Part shown: piece by piece, positions 19,536-29,446 of the stretch
Numbering within the stretch: position 1 is the stretch's first letter
Layout: every line of letters starts with the position of its first letter
NCBI GenBank assembly: GCA_045541795.1
Contig: JAZQJV010000009.1
Coordinates: 7,460-71,459 of the forward strand
DNA: 64,000 bases
Reading direction: 5' to 3'
Origin: Patescibacteria group bacterium
Lineage (GTDB): Bacteria; Patescibacteriota; Microgenomatia; UBA1400; PJMF01
The notes under the pieces: generated by a model
The model's database searches: none
What the model was told of the DNA's origin: nothing
The model's input: only the letters and a program-made list of their open reading frames with translations
Made by a program: the position numbers and the translations under genes

Positions 19536-20444
19536 TTATTTTTTGCTTTTTGCTTTTGCGGCTTGCTCCTTTTGGTACTGAGTAAAGTAATCATTGACCG
19601 CGCCGGCATACTTTTCACGTTTGAGGACATAATTGAGATGGGCGATGAAATAGTTTTCCGGGTCGCCAGTGGTCATCCAGTGGCCGCGAGTCTTTTCTAC
19701 AAAAACGGGATCGGTCTGGGCGATTTTGGTAATGGCATCCACTGTCCACAGTTCATCATCAAGGCCGGTATTTTTGGCGGTGAGATGATCAAAGACAGCG
19801 GGCGTGAGTAAGTAGCGGCCGTAGGACGCTAAACATGATGGCGCTTGGCCGATTTTGGGTTTTTCGACAATGTTACCCAACAGGCGTTTCTTTTCGTCAC
19901 GGAAAGAAATAATACCGTATTTATCCACTTTTTCTGGTGCGACTTCTTGCGCCATGATGATCGCTTTGGCATCTGGATGTTTGGCGTAGGAATCAATCAA
20001 TGCCTTAGCGTCAGAGCTGCCAAAAATAACGTCATCACTGTAAAGCACCAAGAAAGCGTCTTCTTTGGTAAGGAATTTGCGGGCACTGGCGATCGGCGAA
20101 CCATTGCCATAGGGAAGTGACGGATCCTGAGTGATCACGGTGATTTTGGGGAAATCGAGTACTTTTTGTACTGGTTCATAACGATCTTGTTTGCCTTGTG
20201 AGGCGAGCTGTTTGCGGATGCGGTTGACGGAATTATTGAAATAATCCTCATAAATCGGCTTGCCTTCGTCAGTGGCGACGATGACGATTTCTTCGATCCC
20301 GGCGGCAACGCACTCCTCGACTACCAACTGCATGATAGGACGATTGCCCAAAGGAAGCATGGCTTTGGGGATGGTCTTGGTGATGGGTAAGTAGCGACTG
20401 GCAAAACCGGCATCGGTGATGACTGCTTTTCTGACTTGACTCAT
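19536..20444 (-). CDS. galU: UTP-glucose-1-phosphate uridylyltransferase-like nucleotidyltransferase
   Basis: RKAVITDAGFASRYLPITKTIPKAMLP, IVEKP, GRYLLTP. Confidence 0.82.
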   Translation of the reverse strand: MSQVRKAVITDAGFASRYLPITKTIPKAMLPLGNRPIMQLVVEECVAAGIEEIVIVATDEGKPIYEDYFNNSVNRIRKQLASQGKQDRYEPVQKVLDFPKITVITQDPSLPYGNGSPIASARKFLTKEDAFLVLYSDDVIFGSSDAKALIDSYAKHPDAKAIIMAQEVAPEKVDKYGIISFRDEKKRLLGNIVEKPKIGQAPSCLASYGRYLLTPAVFDHLTAKNTGLDDELWTVDAITKIAQTDPVFVEKTRGHWMTTGDPENYFIAHLNYVLKREKYAGAVNDYFTQYQKEQAAKAKSKK

Positions 20445-20462
20445 TTTTACCTTTCTGACTTT

Positions 20463-20927
20463 TCATCTGCGCCCGAGGGGCGAAACTTTCATTTTCTCTT
20501 GTAAACTAAAGGTGGTGGAGGTATTCCAGGGGTTGGAACTGGGTGCGGTACCGGCACGAGCGCCATAATTACTCGAGGCGCCCACATTAGAGCCCATAAG
20601 AGATGGGGAGACTGTCTGTGAGCCGCCATTCATGAGTTTTTTGGGGTCAATGCCGTAAAGTTCTCCGGCTTTGGTGGCAATTTGCTGCTGCATCCGGCGC
20701 TGGGCAATGGGGTTGTTTTCGTAAAGTTCACTGTTGGTTTTGGCCATAAGATGGCGCAGCTGCATTTTTTCCCGTGAGGTGGCCGAAGCCGAACCAAAAC
20801 CGCCAGACAAATCACCGCGAGCGCCAAGATTATGATTGTTGACGATCAACGAATCATGACGGGCAGCACCAGTATTCACCCGGAGCCCCGGTAACGTCGC
20901 TTTGGTGGTGACGTTTCTAGGCAACAT
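20463..20927 (-). CDS. Hypothetical low-complexity protein
   Basis: 154-aa ORF filling the gltX-galU gap and overlapping the gltX end. Confidence 0.55.
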   Translation of the reverse strand: MLPRNVTTKATLPGLRVNTGAARHDSLIVNNHNLGARGDLSGGFGSASATSREKMQLRHLMAKTNSELYENNPIAQRRMQQQIATKAGELYGIDPKKLMNGGSQTVSPSLMGSNVGASSNYGARAGTAPSSNPWNTSTTFSLQEKMKVSPLGRR

Positions 20928-22377
20928 CCGGCTCCTTTATGATCTGAGCGGCACGCTGCAAACGGCGCAAGACTTCCTCCTTACCGATGACGTGCATGGT
21001 CTCAAAAAGTGGCGGAGTAGCGGTCTTACCAGTGACAGCGACACGCAGCATCATGAAATACTGACTCTTTTTGTAAGATTTGTTTTCGCAAAGAGTGCGA
21101 ATGGTTTCCTCGATCTTGCCCAAATCCCAGGGGATGGTCTCAAGGAAAGAGTGAGTAATCGCCAATTGCGTGGAGACGAGATCAGAGTCGGCTTTTTTGA
21201 GGAGTTTATCGGCCGGCGGAGTGACGTCTTTCCAGAAAAAGTCCGTGAGATCCGCAAAATCTGAAAGCTTTACTAAGCGCTCGTAAATCAGCGGCAACAC
21301 GGCATCCATGATTTGCATCGGGAAGTCGGCGGCGACAAAGCCTCCCGCCATTAGACGGCGAGCAAGTTCGGGTAAACCTTTTTGCTCTACCAGTTGGCGG
21401 ATATAATAGCCGTTGTACCAGTTGAGCTTATCGAGGTCAAAAATGGGGCCGGTTTTTTGTACCCGATCGAGGGAAACCACGTGAGTGAATTCTTCCAGGT
21501 CAAAAATCTCTTTGCCTTCTGGATGAGACCAACCGAGCAAGGCGATGAAATTAATGACTGCCTCTGGTAGATAGCCCTTGTCACGGTAAGAAAGGATGGA
21601 GACGTCATTTTTGCGCTTGGAGATTTTGGATTTGTCAGCATTGCGGATAAGCGGCATATGAGCAAATCGCGGTGGCTGCCAGCCAAAAGCCTCGTAAAGA
21701 AGCAGGTGCTTGGGCGTGGAAGAAATCCACTCTTCACCACGCAAGACATCGGTAATTTCCATGAGGTGATCATCAATGACTACGGCCAGATGGTAAGTGG
21801 GGAAGCCGTCAGCTTTCATCAAGATCTGATCGTCGATGAGATCACTCTGGAATTCCACATGGCCGCGGATCTGGTCTTCCCAGGAAATAGTGCGTCCCTT
21901 GGGGACTTTGAGCCGGATGACGTGGGGCTGGCCTTCGTCGAGACGTTTTTGGACTTCAGCCGGGTCGGCATCACGCCAGCGGCCATCGTAACGTGGCAGC
22001 TCGCCCCTGGCGATCTGATCTTTGCGCATCTGCTCGAGTTCTTCCTTGGTAGCAAAACAGTAGTAAGCCCAGCCGTTATCGAGGAGTTCCTGGGCATAGC
22101 GGTGGTAAATATCGAGGCGATCGCTCTGGTGATACGGGGCAAAAGGACCGCCTTTGGCACCGCCTTCGTCATAAGTGATACCGAGCCACTTGAGGCCTTC
22201 ATAAATCAAGGCTTCAGCTTCGGGCACAAAACGAGCGCGATCAGTATCCTCAATCCGGATAAGGAACTCACCACCGGATTGGTGAGCAATGCCGAGATTA
22301 AAAATTGCTTGCCAGGCAGTACCGATATGAGCAATGCCCGTTGGCGATGGAGCAATGCGCGTCCGTTTTTTCGTCAT
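20917..22377 (-). CDS. gltX: Glutamyl-tRNA synthetase
   Basis: RIAPSPTGIAHIG, RIEDTD, PTYHLAVVIDDH, RGEEW, KISKR. Confidence 0.95.
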   Translation of the reverse strand: MTKKRTRIAPSPTGIAHIGTAWQAIFNLGIAHQSGGEFLIRIEDTDRARFVPEAEALIYEGLKWLGITYDEGGAKGGPFAPYHQSDRLDIYHRYAQELLDNGWAYYCFATKEELEQMRKDQIARGELPRYDGRWRDADPAEVQKRLDEGQPHVIRLKVPKGRTISWEDQIRGHVEFQSDLIDDQILMKADGFPTYHLAVVIDDHLMEITDVLRGEEWISSTPKHLLLYEAFGWQPPRFAHMPLIRNADKSKISKRKNDVSILSYRDKGYLPEAVINFIALLGWSHPEGKEIFDLEEFTHVVSLDRVQKTGPIFDLDKLNWYNGYYIRQLVEQKGLPELARRLMAGGFVAADFPMQIMDAVLPLIYERLVKLSDFADLTDFFWKDVTPPADKLLKKADSDLVSTQLAITHSFLETIPWDLGKIEETIRTLCENKSYKKSQYFMMLRVAVTGKTATPPLFETMHVIGKEEVLRRLQRAAQIIKEPDVA

Positions 22378-22565
22378 AGTGCCTATTATACCTCAAACTT
22401 GAGCATTTTGGAGGGCAATTTTGGTGAGGGCAAAATTGCCTCTTGACAAAAGGCCTAAGTTATAGACAATCTTTCCTCAATACTTTGCGCCCCCCCGTCT
22501 GTAGAGGGGGGGGCGCAGTACATCTAAAAAGTAGAAAGAGTAATAAGTGTCAATTCGTTATTCCC

Positions 22566-22618
22566 CTCCCCTCTGGCTGCACCTGCGGTGCGCCTGTCTC
22601 CCCTCAAAAGGGGAGAAG
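22566..22618. repeat. REP-like GC palindromic element (intergenic copy)
   Basis: ctcccctctggctgc..gcgcctgtctcccctc..ggggagaag; second copy at 23666-23719. Confidence 0.8.
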
Positions 22619-22624
22619 TTCTTA

Positions 22625-23779
22625 CTAGTTGAGGCGGGTAATCCTGGCATAACCATTTCCCGTTTTGCTGCAATCTGCGGTTGCTGTCGCATTTACACAA
22701 GTATTTGACTGGGTGCGGGTGGCGTCAGCGGTGGAAGTAGTGCAGCTGTAGCACGTCATGTGTTTGGTGACGCTGCCTGTAGAAATTAAGTTGGATGAGC
22801 CAATGTAGCCGGAGCCGCCGCTACCTGAGCCATAATAATTGCCTGCGCGCTGACAACTTGAATAATCGCGATCATTGCCATTGCAACCGCCATACCAACC
22901 GCCACCACCACTACCATTGGAGTTAGCATTTTCGCCTTGTCCAAATAAATATCCAGCTGTTTGAGTGCCAGCTCGGTCGTCATGCTCAGACATAGAAGAA
23001 TCACTACCAAAACTGGAAGTTAAGCGCCCGCCGATATATCCACCACCACTTCCCCCTATACCACAGCGACCAGCGCCCCAACGATTGGCTTGGTCGCGAC
23101 CGCCGCCACCGCCTCCGGCGATGATGAGAATGTTTCCATTGGTTGCATGTGCAGAAAGACTGGATAACAACCCTGAAACTTTTGCCATATGAGTGGCACC
23201 GCCGCCAGAACCATAAACATGATTAGTTCCTGCAGGAGTGATATTGCCCCCACCGTTATAGCCACCAGCTAAAGCAGTTTGACTTACATTTGTGCCTAAA
23301 CCTTGCCCACCTACGTAGATGTACAATGTCTGTCTTTCAAATGAATTGTAAACTCCAGTGGCATAACCGCCATATCCGCCGCGATAGCCAGTGGGCCCGC
23401 CGCCGGCTGCTCCCCATACCTCCAATTTATACTGACAAAATGAATAAGCGGTAAAGGTTTGTTGGCCGCCGGTGTAAGAAAATGATTTACTGGCGCCTGT
23501 TGTCGTCAATACGGGATCTTGACAGCCAGCTTGCTCACTCATCATGAGACTGTTTCCAGTGATTTTCACAAATTTACTGCTGCCTACCCGGACAGCTTGG
23601 CCAATGGGAATATCCTTGATTTTTTTGGTAGTGAGGGTAGCAGTAGCGTAAGCCTGGCAAGCTCTCTCCCCTCTGGCTGCGCCCGCGGCGCGCCTGTCTC
23701 CCCTCAGGGAGGGGAGAAGAATAGTGACTCCGCACCCCAAAACTGCCGCCAAAAAGACCCGCCCCAAAATGTGCGTCAT
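22625..23779 (-). CDS. Secreted glycine-rich domain protein (paralog 1)
   Basis: YKLEVWGAAGG, GGYGGY, LYIYVGGQG, GGGAT, IIAGGGGG, GNGYARITRLN; paralog at 39974-41206. Confidence 0.8.
   Translation of the reverse strand: MTHILGRVFLAAVLGCGVTILLPSLRGDRRAAGAARGERACQAYATATLTTKKIKDIPIGQAVRVGSSKFVKITGNSLMMSEQAGCQDPVLTTTGASKSFSYTGGQQTFTAYSFCQYKLEVWGAAGGGPTGYRGGYGGYATGVYNSFERQTLYIYVGGQGLGTNVSQTALAGGYNGGGNITPAGTNHVYGSGGGATHMAKVSGLLSSLSAHATNGNILIIAGGGGGGRDQANRWGAGRCGIGGSGGGYIGGRLTSSFGSDSSMSEHDDRAGTQTAGYLFGQGENANSNGSGGGGWYGGCNGNDRDYSSCQRAGNYYGSGSGGSGYIGSSNLISTGSVTKHMTCYSCTTSTADATRTQSNTCVNATATADCSKTGNGYARITRLN
23666..23719. repeat. REP-like element inserted in frame in coding sequence
   Basis: Encodes LLPSLRGDRRAAGAARGE; matches 22566-22618. 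Confidence 0.78.
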
Positions 23780-24062
23780 ATCCGCCTTTCTGCATTCTGT
23801 TTATCGGTTGGCCTCTCCACGCTTTTACAGGCGTGGAGAAGCTATCCGTCGTTTCGTGATCTTGACCGAGAACGCAAAACTCTTCGCAGGATAAACCTCT
23901 CCATAATTAGTTTTGCGTCTTTTTGCTCCGTCTCACTATCATAACGCAAGTCGGCGATCGGTCAAGATCAAGCTAATTATACCACAACGCGCTAAAAATG
24001 CAAGATCCTATCGCAGACTCAACGTGTGGACGTTTTACTGTATGCCGCCTGGATGCGAAAAT

Positions 24063-24101
24063 AAATTGCCTCTTGACAAAAGGCCTATAATGTGATATAA
24101 T
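24063..24101 (+). promoter_or_regulatory. Conserved cassette promoter B
   Basis: aaattgcctcTTGACAaaaggcctataatgtgaTATAAT, 17-bp spacer. Confidence 0.85.
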
Positions 24102-24303
24102 AAGTAATATTGTGGTAGGTTTTGAGCCTGTGATCATACATGAGATCGCGGCCAGAACCACCCGATCTTTAAAATAAAGTGATCTAATCAAGGCTTGGAC
24201 TTATCCCGGACGCTATGCTTCGCGCTGGCAATCGCAAATAGTAACAAAGTATTAACCGCCAACACTGGCGCATTTTCATAAAAAAATTAAGGAGGAAAAG
24301 AAA

Positions 24304-25500
24304 ATGAGAAAGATGTTTAAAATTTGCGCCAGCGTAATGTTGGCGTTAGCGTTTATGGGCGTGGTCGAATCTGTATTTGAGGATTTCACACCTCAGGCAG
24401 AAGCGGCTGCAAAAAAGAAGACAGCAAAGAAAAGCAGCAAGAAAGCTGCCAAAAAGTCTTCGAAATCTTCAGGGAAACCGGCGACCGCGACGCGCGCGGC
24501 CAGTGTCATTAGTCTGGAAACAGCTGGTGACTTGGAGAAAGCAGCGAAAAAAGGTACTGTACAATTCTTTGAGCAGTACGGCTGCTACAAGGCGATCCTT
24601 GGTGAAGCCATTACCGTCAGCGAGAGTGCGACTGTAATTATCACCGAGGCTACGAAAGCGTTTAAGGCCGGCACGACCGTGAAGACTGGCACAAAACTGA
24701 TGAAAGGCACTGCCATTAAAGTGTTTTTCAAAAAAGTAGTCCAGAAAACGGAAAGTGCCAAGGAAGCCGCTGTCAAGACAGAAACAGTGGAAACAAAGCC
24801 GGAAACAGCTGTGAGACCTGTAATCGTTACCAATACACCCTACTTGCTGGAATTCTCTACTCTTGCCGAGTATAAGGGCAAAGTGGTTGATGGCAGCGAG
24901 ATCCAGGACGAGGACGACTTGTCCCTAATCGCAAAGGAATGTTTCCGGGATTCAACCTCGAATGTCCGGTTTATGCTGCGCGCTGAACGGGACTTCAAGG
25001 TGGACGAAGAGAACTATTTCGTCACGATTTATTTAGGAAACGGCAAGGTGCGCGATATGCGTGCCGGCATGATCGTCAAAAAGGGTGCTATGGTGACACT
25101 TACATTTCGTCACATGGCAGCTGTGACCAGATTTGCTGCCCCCGTGGCAGACACAACACCAGAACAAGTCGAATTACAGCCTGTCGTCGCTTCAGTCCCG
25201 GAGAGTGTTCCGGAGACAGTTAATGAGCCGGCAGAAGCTGTAGAACAGCCTGGTCATGTGGCAACACTCGACCAGATAGAAGATTACGGTGAAGTATTAC
25301 AGACCACGCCTGCTTTCAGCGCGCTGCGCCTGGTGACGGAAGACTTTAGCGTCGATCCGGAGCTGACGGTGCACATCCGTGCCCGTGACGGACATTGGAT
25401 CGATGTAGAGCCGGACGAAAACGGCAAAGTCACCATCAAGGCTGGGACACAGAGCGTTTACATTTTCAAAAACGTACGCAAAGTCGCCAGCAAACCGTAA
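24304..25500 (+). CDS. Secreted hypothetical protein with Lys-rich N-region and three repeated small domains (cassette B)
   Basis: AAGGAGG 24289-24295; signal ending PQAEA; AAKKKTAKKSSKKAAKK; repeated v/iKxG motifs. Confidence 0.78.
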   Translation: MRKMFKICASVMLALAFMGVVESVFEDFTPQAEAAAKKKTAKKSSKKAAKKSSKSSGKPATATRAASVISLETAGDLEKAAKKGTVQFFEQYGCYKAILGEAITVSESATVIITEATKAFKAGTTVKTGTKLMKGTAIKVFFKKVVQKTESAKEAAVKTETVETKPETAVRPVIVTNTPYLLEFSTLAEYKGKVVDGSEIQDEDDLSLIAKECFRDSTSNVRFMLRAERDFKVDEENYFVTIYLGNGKVRDMRAGMIVKKGAMVTLTFRHMAAVTRFAAPVADTTPEQVELQPVVASVPESVPETVNEPAEAVEQPGHVATLDQIEDYGEVLQTTPAFSALRLVTEDFSVDPELTVHIRARDGHWIDVEPDENGKVTIKAGTQSVYIFKNVRKVASKP

Positions 25501-25818
25501 TTTTCACTAAAACCGGCTTGATCTGAGACAGCAAATCCTGCTAACTGCTAGGCATTCAGGAAGAGGCTGTCGTGGCTGCGGATCCGCACTTTTGCGGCCA
25601 GTCACCGTGGATAGACCACGTAAAAAAAGATAAATATAGAGGTCAGCCGCGGATCAACACTAGAGCTGGTATGACCACAAGCGCTTAGATTAGTAAAATT
25701 AGATGTGAGCGGTGAGCACGTTTCTCACCTGATCTGACGCACGCTGCGTGTGTTAAATGATTGGGGATGAAATCGCACGTTCCCCGCGTCTGATCAAACT
25801 CACTTTATTTTAATGAAT

Positions 25819-25845
25819 AAGACCCCGCTTCAAGCGGGGTCTTTT
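25819..25845 (+). terminator. Intrinsic terminator of cassette B
   Basis: aagaccccgctt-c-aagcggggtctttt. Confidence 0.85.
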
Positions 25846-25870
25846 GCGGGAAAAATGTATACACTACAGC

Positions 25871-25897
25871 AAAACCCGCCCCTGGAAGGGGCGGTTT
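25871..25897 (-). terminator. Intrinsic terminator of the DsbA-like gene
   Basis: ccgccc(c)-tggaa-ggggcgg hairpin, U-tract on the minus strand. Confidence 0.7.
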
Positions 25898-25926
25898 CAT
25901 CACTAAGTTTGATGCAAACTGTGAGC

Positions 25927-27021
25927 TTACTCGAGAGTCTGAGCGCAGTACTCACCTTGGGTGTTACTGGCGCAGCAGATGATCTGTTTGTAAGCATCTG
26001 GTTTGCGCTCGCCGCCACCAAAACTGACGTCATTGACGGAGTCGGTGTCATTGAGGTAGAAGCTTGGCGTACCAGAGACAGCGTGCTCATTGGCGCGAGC
26101 AATGTCGGCTTTGATAATGCCTAAGCCCCGGTCTTCACTGGCCATACAGGCCTCAACCTCGCTGGCATTGACGCCGTTTTCACTCATACAGGTCTCAGCT
26201 TCGCCACCAGCGGCCATACAGGCGATGTAAGGCCAGAAAACGTCATGCTGTTCACTCTGGATACAGACTTGGCGGACGTTTTCGGTACCGGCATCAGCAC
26301 TACCCAAGAAGCCGATAATGTTATTGTTGTCATCGACCGTGCCAGCGTAGTGCAGAGTGATTTTATCGCCGAGTTCTGGCACCTGAGCGACGGCAGCGGC
26401 AATGTGAGTTTCTGCTTGTTTGCAGTAACCGCAATCCGAAGAGACGTAAGCGTCAAGGTGCGGATCGTCTGACTTGGTCAGGTCTTCACAAGCGGCGGCA
26501 GCGACTTCAGCGCTATTGGCGGCATTGTCACCGGCCTCGCCCAAGAGCTCATCTACATCATAGCCGTCAACGAAGAACGTCTTGGCGTCACGAGTGATGT
26601 AGGAGGTAAACTCTTCGTCATAATCCTTGAATTTGATCGTGAAGCGGTAAACACCAGACTGATTGACTGGAGCGCCGATATTTTCGACTTCCATACCGCC
26701 GCCCAAAGGCTCGATGATCTCTGGCAATTTGGCTTTGAGCTTATTGACGGCCATCATTTCGGTGACCTTCCAGCCGATCAAGATGACGGCAACAGTCAGG
26801 ATGACCGCCCCGCAAAAAACACCCCACGGGAAACGGGCATTACTGCTGGCAGCGGCTGCCTGAGCTTCCAGGCGTTCAAGTTCGCGGCGAGCTTGCTCGA
26901 CGACATCGTTTTTGGCAGCGGTATCTTTGGTCGCTTTTTGCTCTTTTTGTTCTTTCACGTCTTTTTGTTTTTCTTTTTTGACGTCAGCTTTTGGCTTCGT
27001 CTCATTATCTTTTTTTGACAT
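25927..27021 (-). CDS. Membrane-anchored DsbA/thioredoxin-fold protein
   Basis: TM, SYITRDAKTFF, CGYC, ENVRQVCI, VSGTPSFYLN; start at MSKK. Confidence 0.78.
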   Translation of the reverse strand: MSKKDNETKPKADVKKEKQKDVKEQKEQKATKDTAAKNDVVEQARRELERLEAQAAAASSNARFPWGVFCGAVILTVAVILIGWKVTEMMAVNKLKAKLPEIIEPLGGGMEVENIGAPVNQSGVYRFTIKFKDYDEEFTSYITRDAKTFFVDGYDVDELLGEAGDNAANSAEVAAAACEDLTKSDDPHLDAYVSSDCGYCKQAETHIAAAVAQVPELGDKITLHYAGTVDDNNNIIGFLGSADAGTENVRQVCIQSEQHDVFWPYIACMAAGGEAETCMSENGVNASEVEACMASEDRGLGIIKADIARANEHAVSGTPSFYLNDTDSVNDVSFGGGERKPDAYKQIICCASNTQGEYCAQTLE

Positions 27022-27216
27022 AATTTTAAATTTCACTGTTTAATCAATTTTATTTATTAATAAACTGTGATTTTCCTTTCTAATTTCTTAGCTTTACCAA
27101 TTTTTAACAATTAGCCGTAATTTATAACATTTTCCCAAAAAGTCAAGAGGCAAAATGATACCAGGCATTGGTGCATTTTACCCTCAAGATGTTAAAATAA
27201 TGTTAAAAAACTGAGC

Positions 27217-28740
27217 TTAGTTAAGGCTGATGCTTTGCCGATAGGTAAGCGCTTCGCCGACGTGACGATCGGTCAGCGTGGTGATTTCGGCGTCGTCTAG
27301 GTCAGCAATAGTGCGCGCGACTTTGATGAGTTTGAAGTAACTCCGGGCAGAAAGCTGCCAACGTGTTACTGCCTGCTCGAGGATAGCTTGGGCAGAAGTG
27401 GTGAGGACAATGTGCTGGCGGATCTGGTGACTGGTGAGTTGATGATTGGTAAGCAAACCGAGAGATTGCCAGCGGCTGGCCTGACGAGCGCGAGCGCGGA
27501 TCACGCGAGCGCGCACAAGGGCGGAACTTTCTGCTTGAGCATGAGGACTGATCAGATCGCTTATTTCTACTTCTGGCACAAAAATCTGCATGTCGAGCCG
27601 ATCAAGGATGGGACCTGAAAGTTTACGCTTGTAGCGGGCAATATCAGCGCTGGAGCAAGTGCAAGCACGTTTTTTGCTGCCTAAGTATCCGCACGGGCAG
27701 GGATTAGTAGCGGCAATAAGAGTGACGTCTGCCGGGTAAGCCACGTGACCGGAGGCACGAGAAATAGTAATTTCGCCGGTTTCTAAGGGCTGGCGCAAAA
27801 TTTCCAAGGCGTCACGGCGGAATTCGCCGAGTTCGTCTAAAAACAAAATACCGCGATGTGCCAGGGAAATTTCACCAGGCAGAAGATTTACGCCACCTCC
27901 TGCCAGCCCAACGGCGGAGATAGTGTGATGAGGGGCACGGCAGGGGCGCACGCAGACAACTCCCTCCTCCCCCAGCATGCCACACACCGAGTAAATGGTA
28001 GTGATTTCTAGGGCTTCATCCCTGGTAAGCGGCGGCAGGATGGACGGCATCGCCCCGGCGAGGAGGCTTTTGCCTGCCCCCGGCACACCGCAAAGAAGTA
28101 AATTATGCCCGCCGGCGGCCGCAATTTCCAGGCAGCGTTTGGCCACTTTTTGGCCGATGATATTGGCAAAATCTGTATCAGCATGTGCGATTCCAGGTAA
28201 ATATTTTTGCGGCAGCAGCGGTGTGATTTTGGCCTTTTGGGTAAAGAAACCCATCAATTGCTCAAGCGAGCGTACCGGATAAATGTGGATGCCGTCGATG
28301 ATTTTGACTTCTTCTTGATTACAGGCAGGTAAAAAGACCCGTTTAAAGCCTTTTTCGCGAGCAAAATGGACCAAGGGGAGCGCGCCGCGGATACTGCGGA
28401 GAGTGCCATCGAGAGACAGTTCACCAAAGAAAATATCTCCAGGCAGCGTGTATTTGCGGCCGCAGTTGAGCTCCCACAGCGACATGGCAATGGCCACTTC
28501 CAGATTGGAACCGGTTTTTTTGAGATCGGCGGGCGCGAGGTTGACGAGCGTTTTTTTGGCTTTGAGCCGGATCTGACAGCTTAAAAGAGCATTATTAATG
28601 CGTTCCTTAGCTTCTTCCACTGCCTTTTCCGGCAAACCTATAATAGTAAGGGCGGGCTTGCCGCGGGTGCTGTCAGCTTCGACCTCGATAAGAGTAGCCT
28701 TAAGACCTTGGAGTGTGGCACTTAAATTTTTGATCATCAT
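27217..28740 (-). CDS. comM: ComM/YifB Mg-chelatase-like AAA ATPase
   Basis: IIGLPEKAVEEAKERI, VNLAPADLKK, AAAGGHNLL, PGEISLAHRGILFLDE, NPCPCG, SGPILDRLD. Confidence 0.93.
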   Translation of the reverse strand: MMIKNLSATLQGLKATLIEVEADSTRGKPALTIIGLPEKAVEEAKERINNALLSCQIRLKAKKTLVNLAPADLKKTGSNLEVAIAMSLWELNCGRKYTLPGDIFFGELSLDGTLRSIRGALPLVHFAREKGFKRVFLPACNQEEVKIIDGIHIYPVRSLEQLMGFFTQKAKITPLLPQKYLPGIAHADTDFANIIGQKVAKRCLEIAAAGGHNLLLCGVPGAGKSLLAGAMPSILPPLTRDEALEITTIYSVCGMLGEEGVVCVRPCRAPHHTISAVGLAGGGVNLLPGEISLAHRGILFLDELGEFRRDALEILRQPLETGEITISRASGHVAYPADVTLIAATNPCPCGYLGSKKRACTCSSADIARYKRKLSGPILDRLDMQIFVPEVEISDLISPHAQAESSALVRARVIRARARQASRWQSLGLLTNHQLTSHQIRQHIVLTTSAQAILEQAVTRWQLSARSYFKLIKVARTIADLDDAEITTLTDRHVGEALTYRQSISLN

Positions 28741-28757
28741 AGTGCGGCCGATTGTAA

Positions 28758-28788
28758 CACACAATTCTTTCAAATTCTTTCATCTTTT
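28758..28788 (-). promoter_or_regulatory. TGAAAGAATT direct-repeat operator upstream of comM
   Basis: tgaaagaatttgaaagaattgtgtg abutting TACAAT; same at 35205 and 38859. Confidence 0.7.
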
Positions 28789-28899
28789 TAAATTTATACT
28801 GATTTACAGGGATAATTTTGCCTAAAAAGCGGCGGAAAAACCGGATAAATTAGACATATTAATGTAAACTGTCCACATTAGATGTGATATAATACGGCC

Positions 28900-29445
28900 A
28901 TGAAAGAAATGTTACTGTCAATTTTTGAGCCATTAAAGGCTGTAAATCCTATAATTTATACTATAGTTATATCGTTAGTGCCGTTAATCGAGTTGCGGGG
29001 CGCAATTTTGGTGGCGATCCCGATGGGCATGGTGTGGTGGCAAGCTTATGTGTGGTCGGTGCTCGGCTCGATGATTCCGGCTTTTTTTGTGATTCCGCTT
29101 TTTGCTTGGGGCTTAAATTTTCTGGAAACTCGCGGCTGGTGTCCGGCTGTGACGAAATTTCTCAATGACAAATTTGTCACCAAAGCAAATCAAGTGTGCG
29201 AAAAGACAAATGAGATTGATTGTTCGGATAAAAAGGAATGGCAAAAAGAACTACTCAAATTTTGGACGATCGTGATTTTTGTGGCCATTCCTCTGCCTGG
29301 TACGGGCGTGTATACTGGCTCAGCGATCGCGTCTATTATAAAAATGCCCTTCTGGAAGGCGTTTTTGGCAGTGCTTATTGGCGATATGATCGCCGGAGCG
29401 ATCATGGTGGCGCTCACTTTGGGCGGCATGAAAGTGATAGGTTAA
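28900..29445 (+). CDS. Small multi-drug export (COG2426-like) membrane protein
   Basis: SLVPLIELRGAI and FVAIPLPGTGVYTG motifs. Confidence 0.88.
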   Translation: MKEMLLSIFEPLKAVNPIIYTIVISLVPLIELRGAILVAIPMGMVWWQAYVWSVLGSMIPAFFVIPLFAWGLNFLETRGWCPAVTKFLNDKFVTKANQVCEKTNEIDCSDKKEWQKELLKFWTIVIFVAIPLPGTGVYTGSAIASIIKMPFWKAFLAVLIGDMIAGAIMVALTLGGMKVIG

Positions 29446-29446
29446 A

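Noticed and set aside
21658-22446. Long antisense ORFs (also 8034-8666, 9288-9914, 43144-43902, 54917-55498)
   Set aside because: Opposite well-supported genes, with no motifs or start signals
27120-27155. Fifth cassette promoter upstream of the DsbA-like gene (ttgcctcTTGACT)
   Set aside because: Only the -35 flank matches; no boxA, no AGGAGG and no leader/trailer arm found
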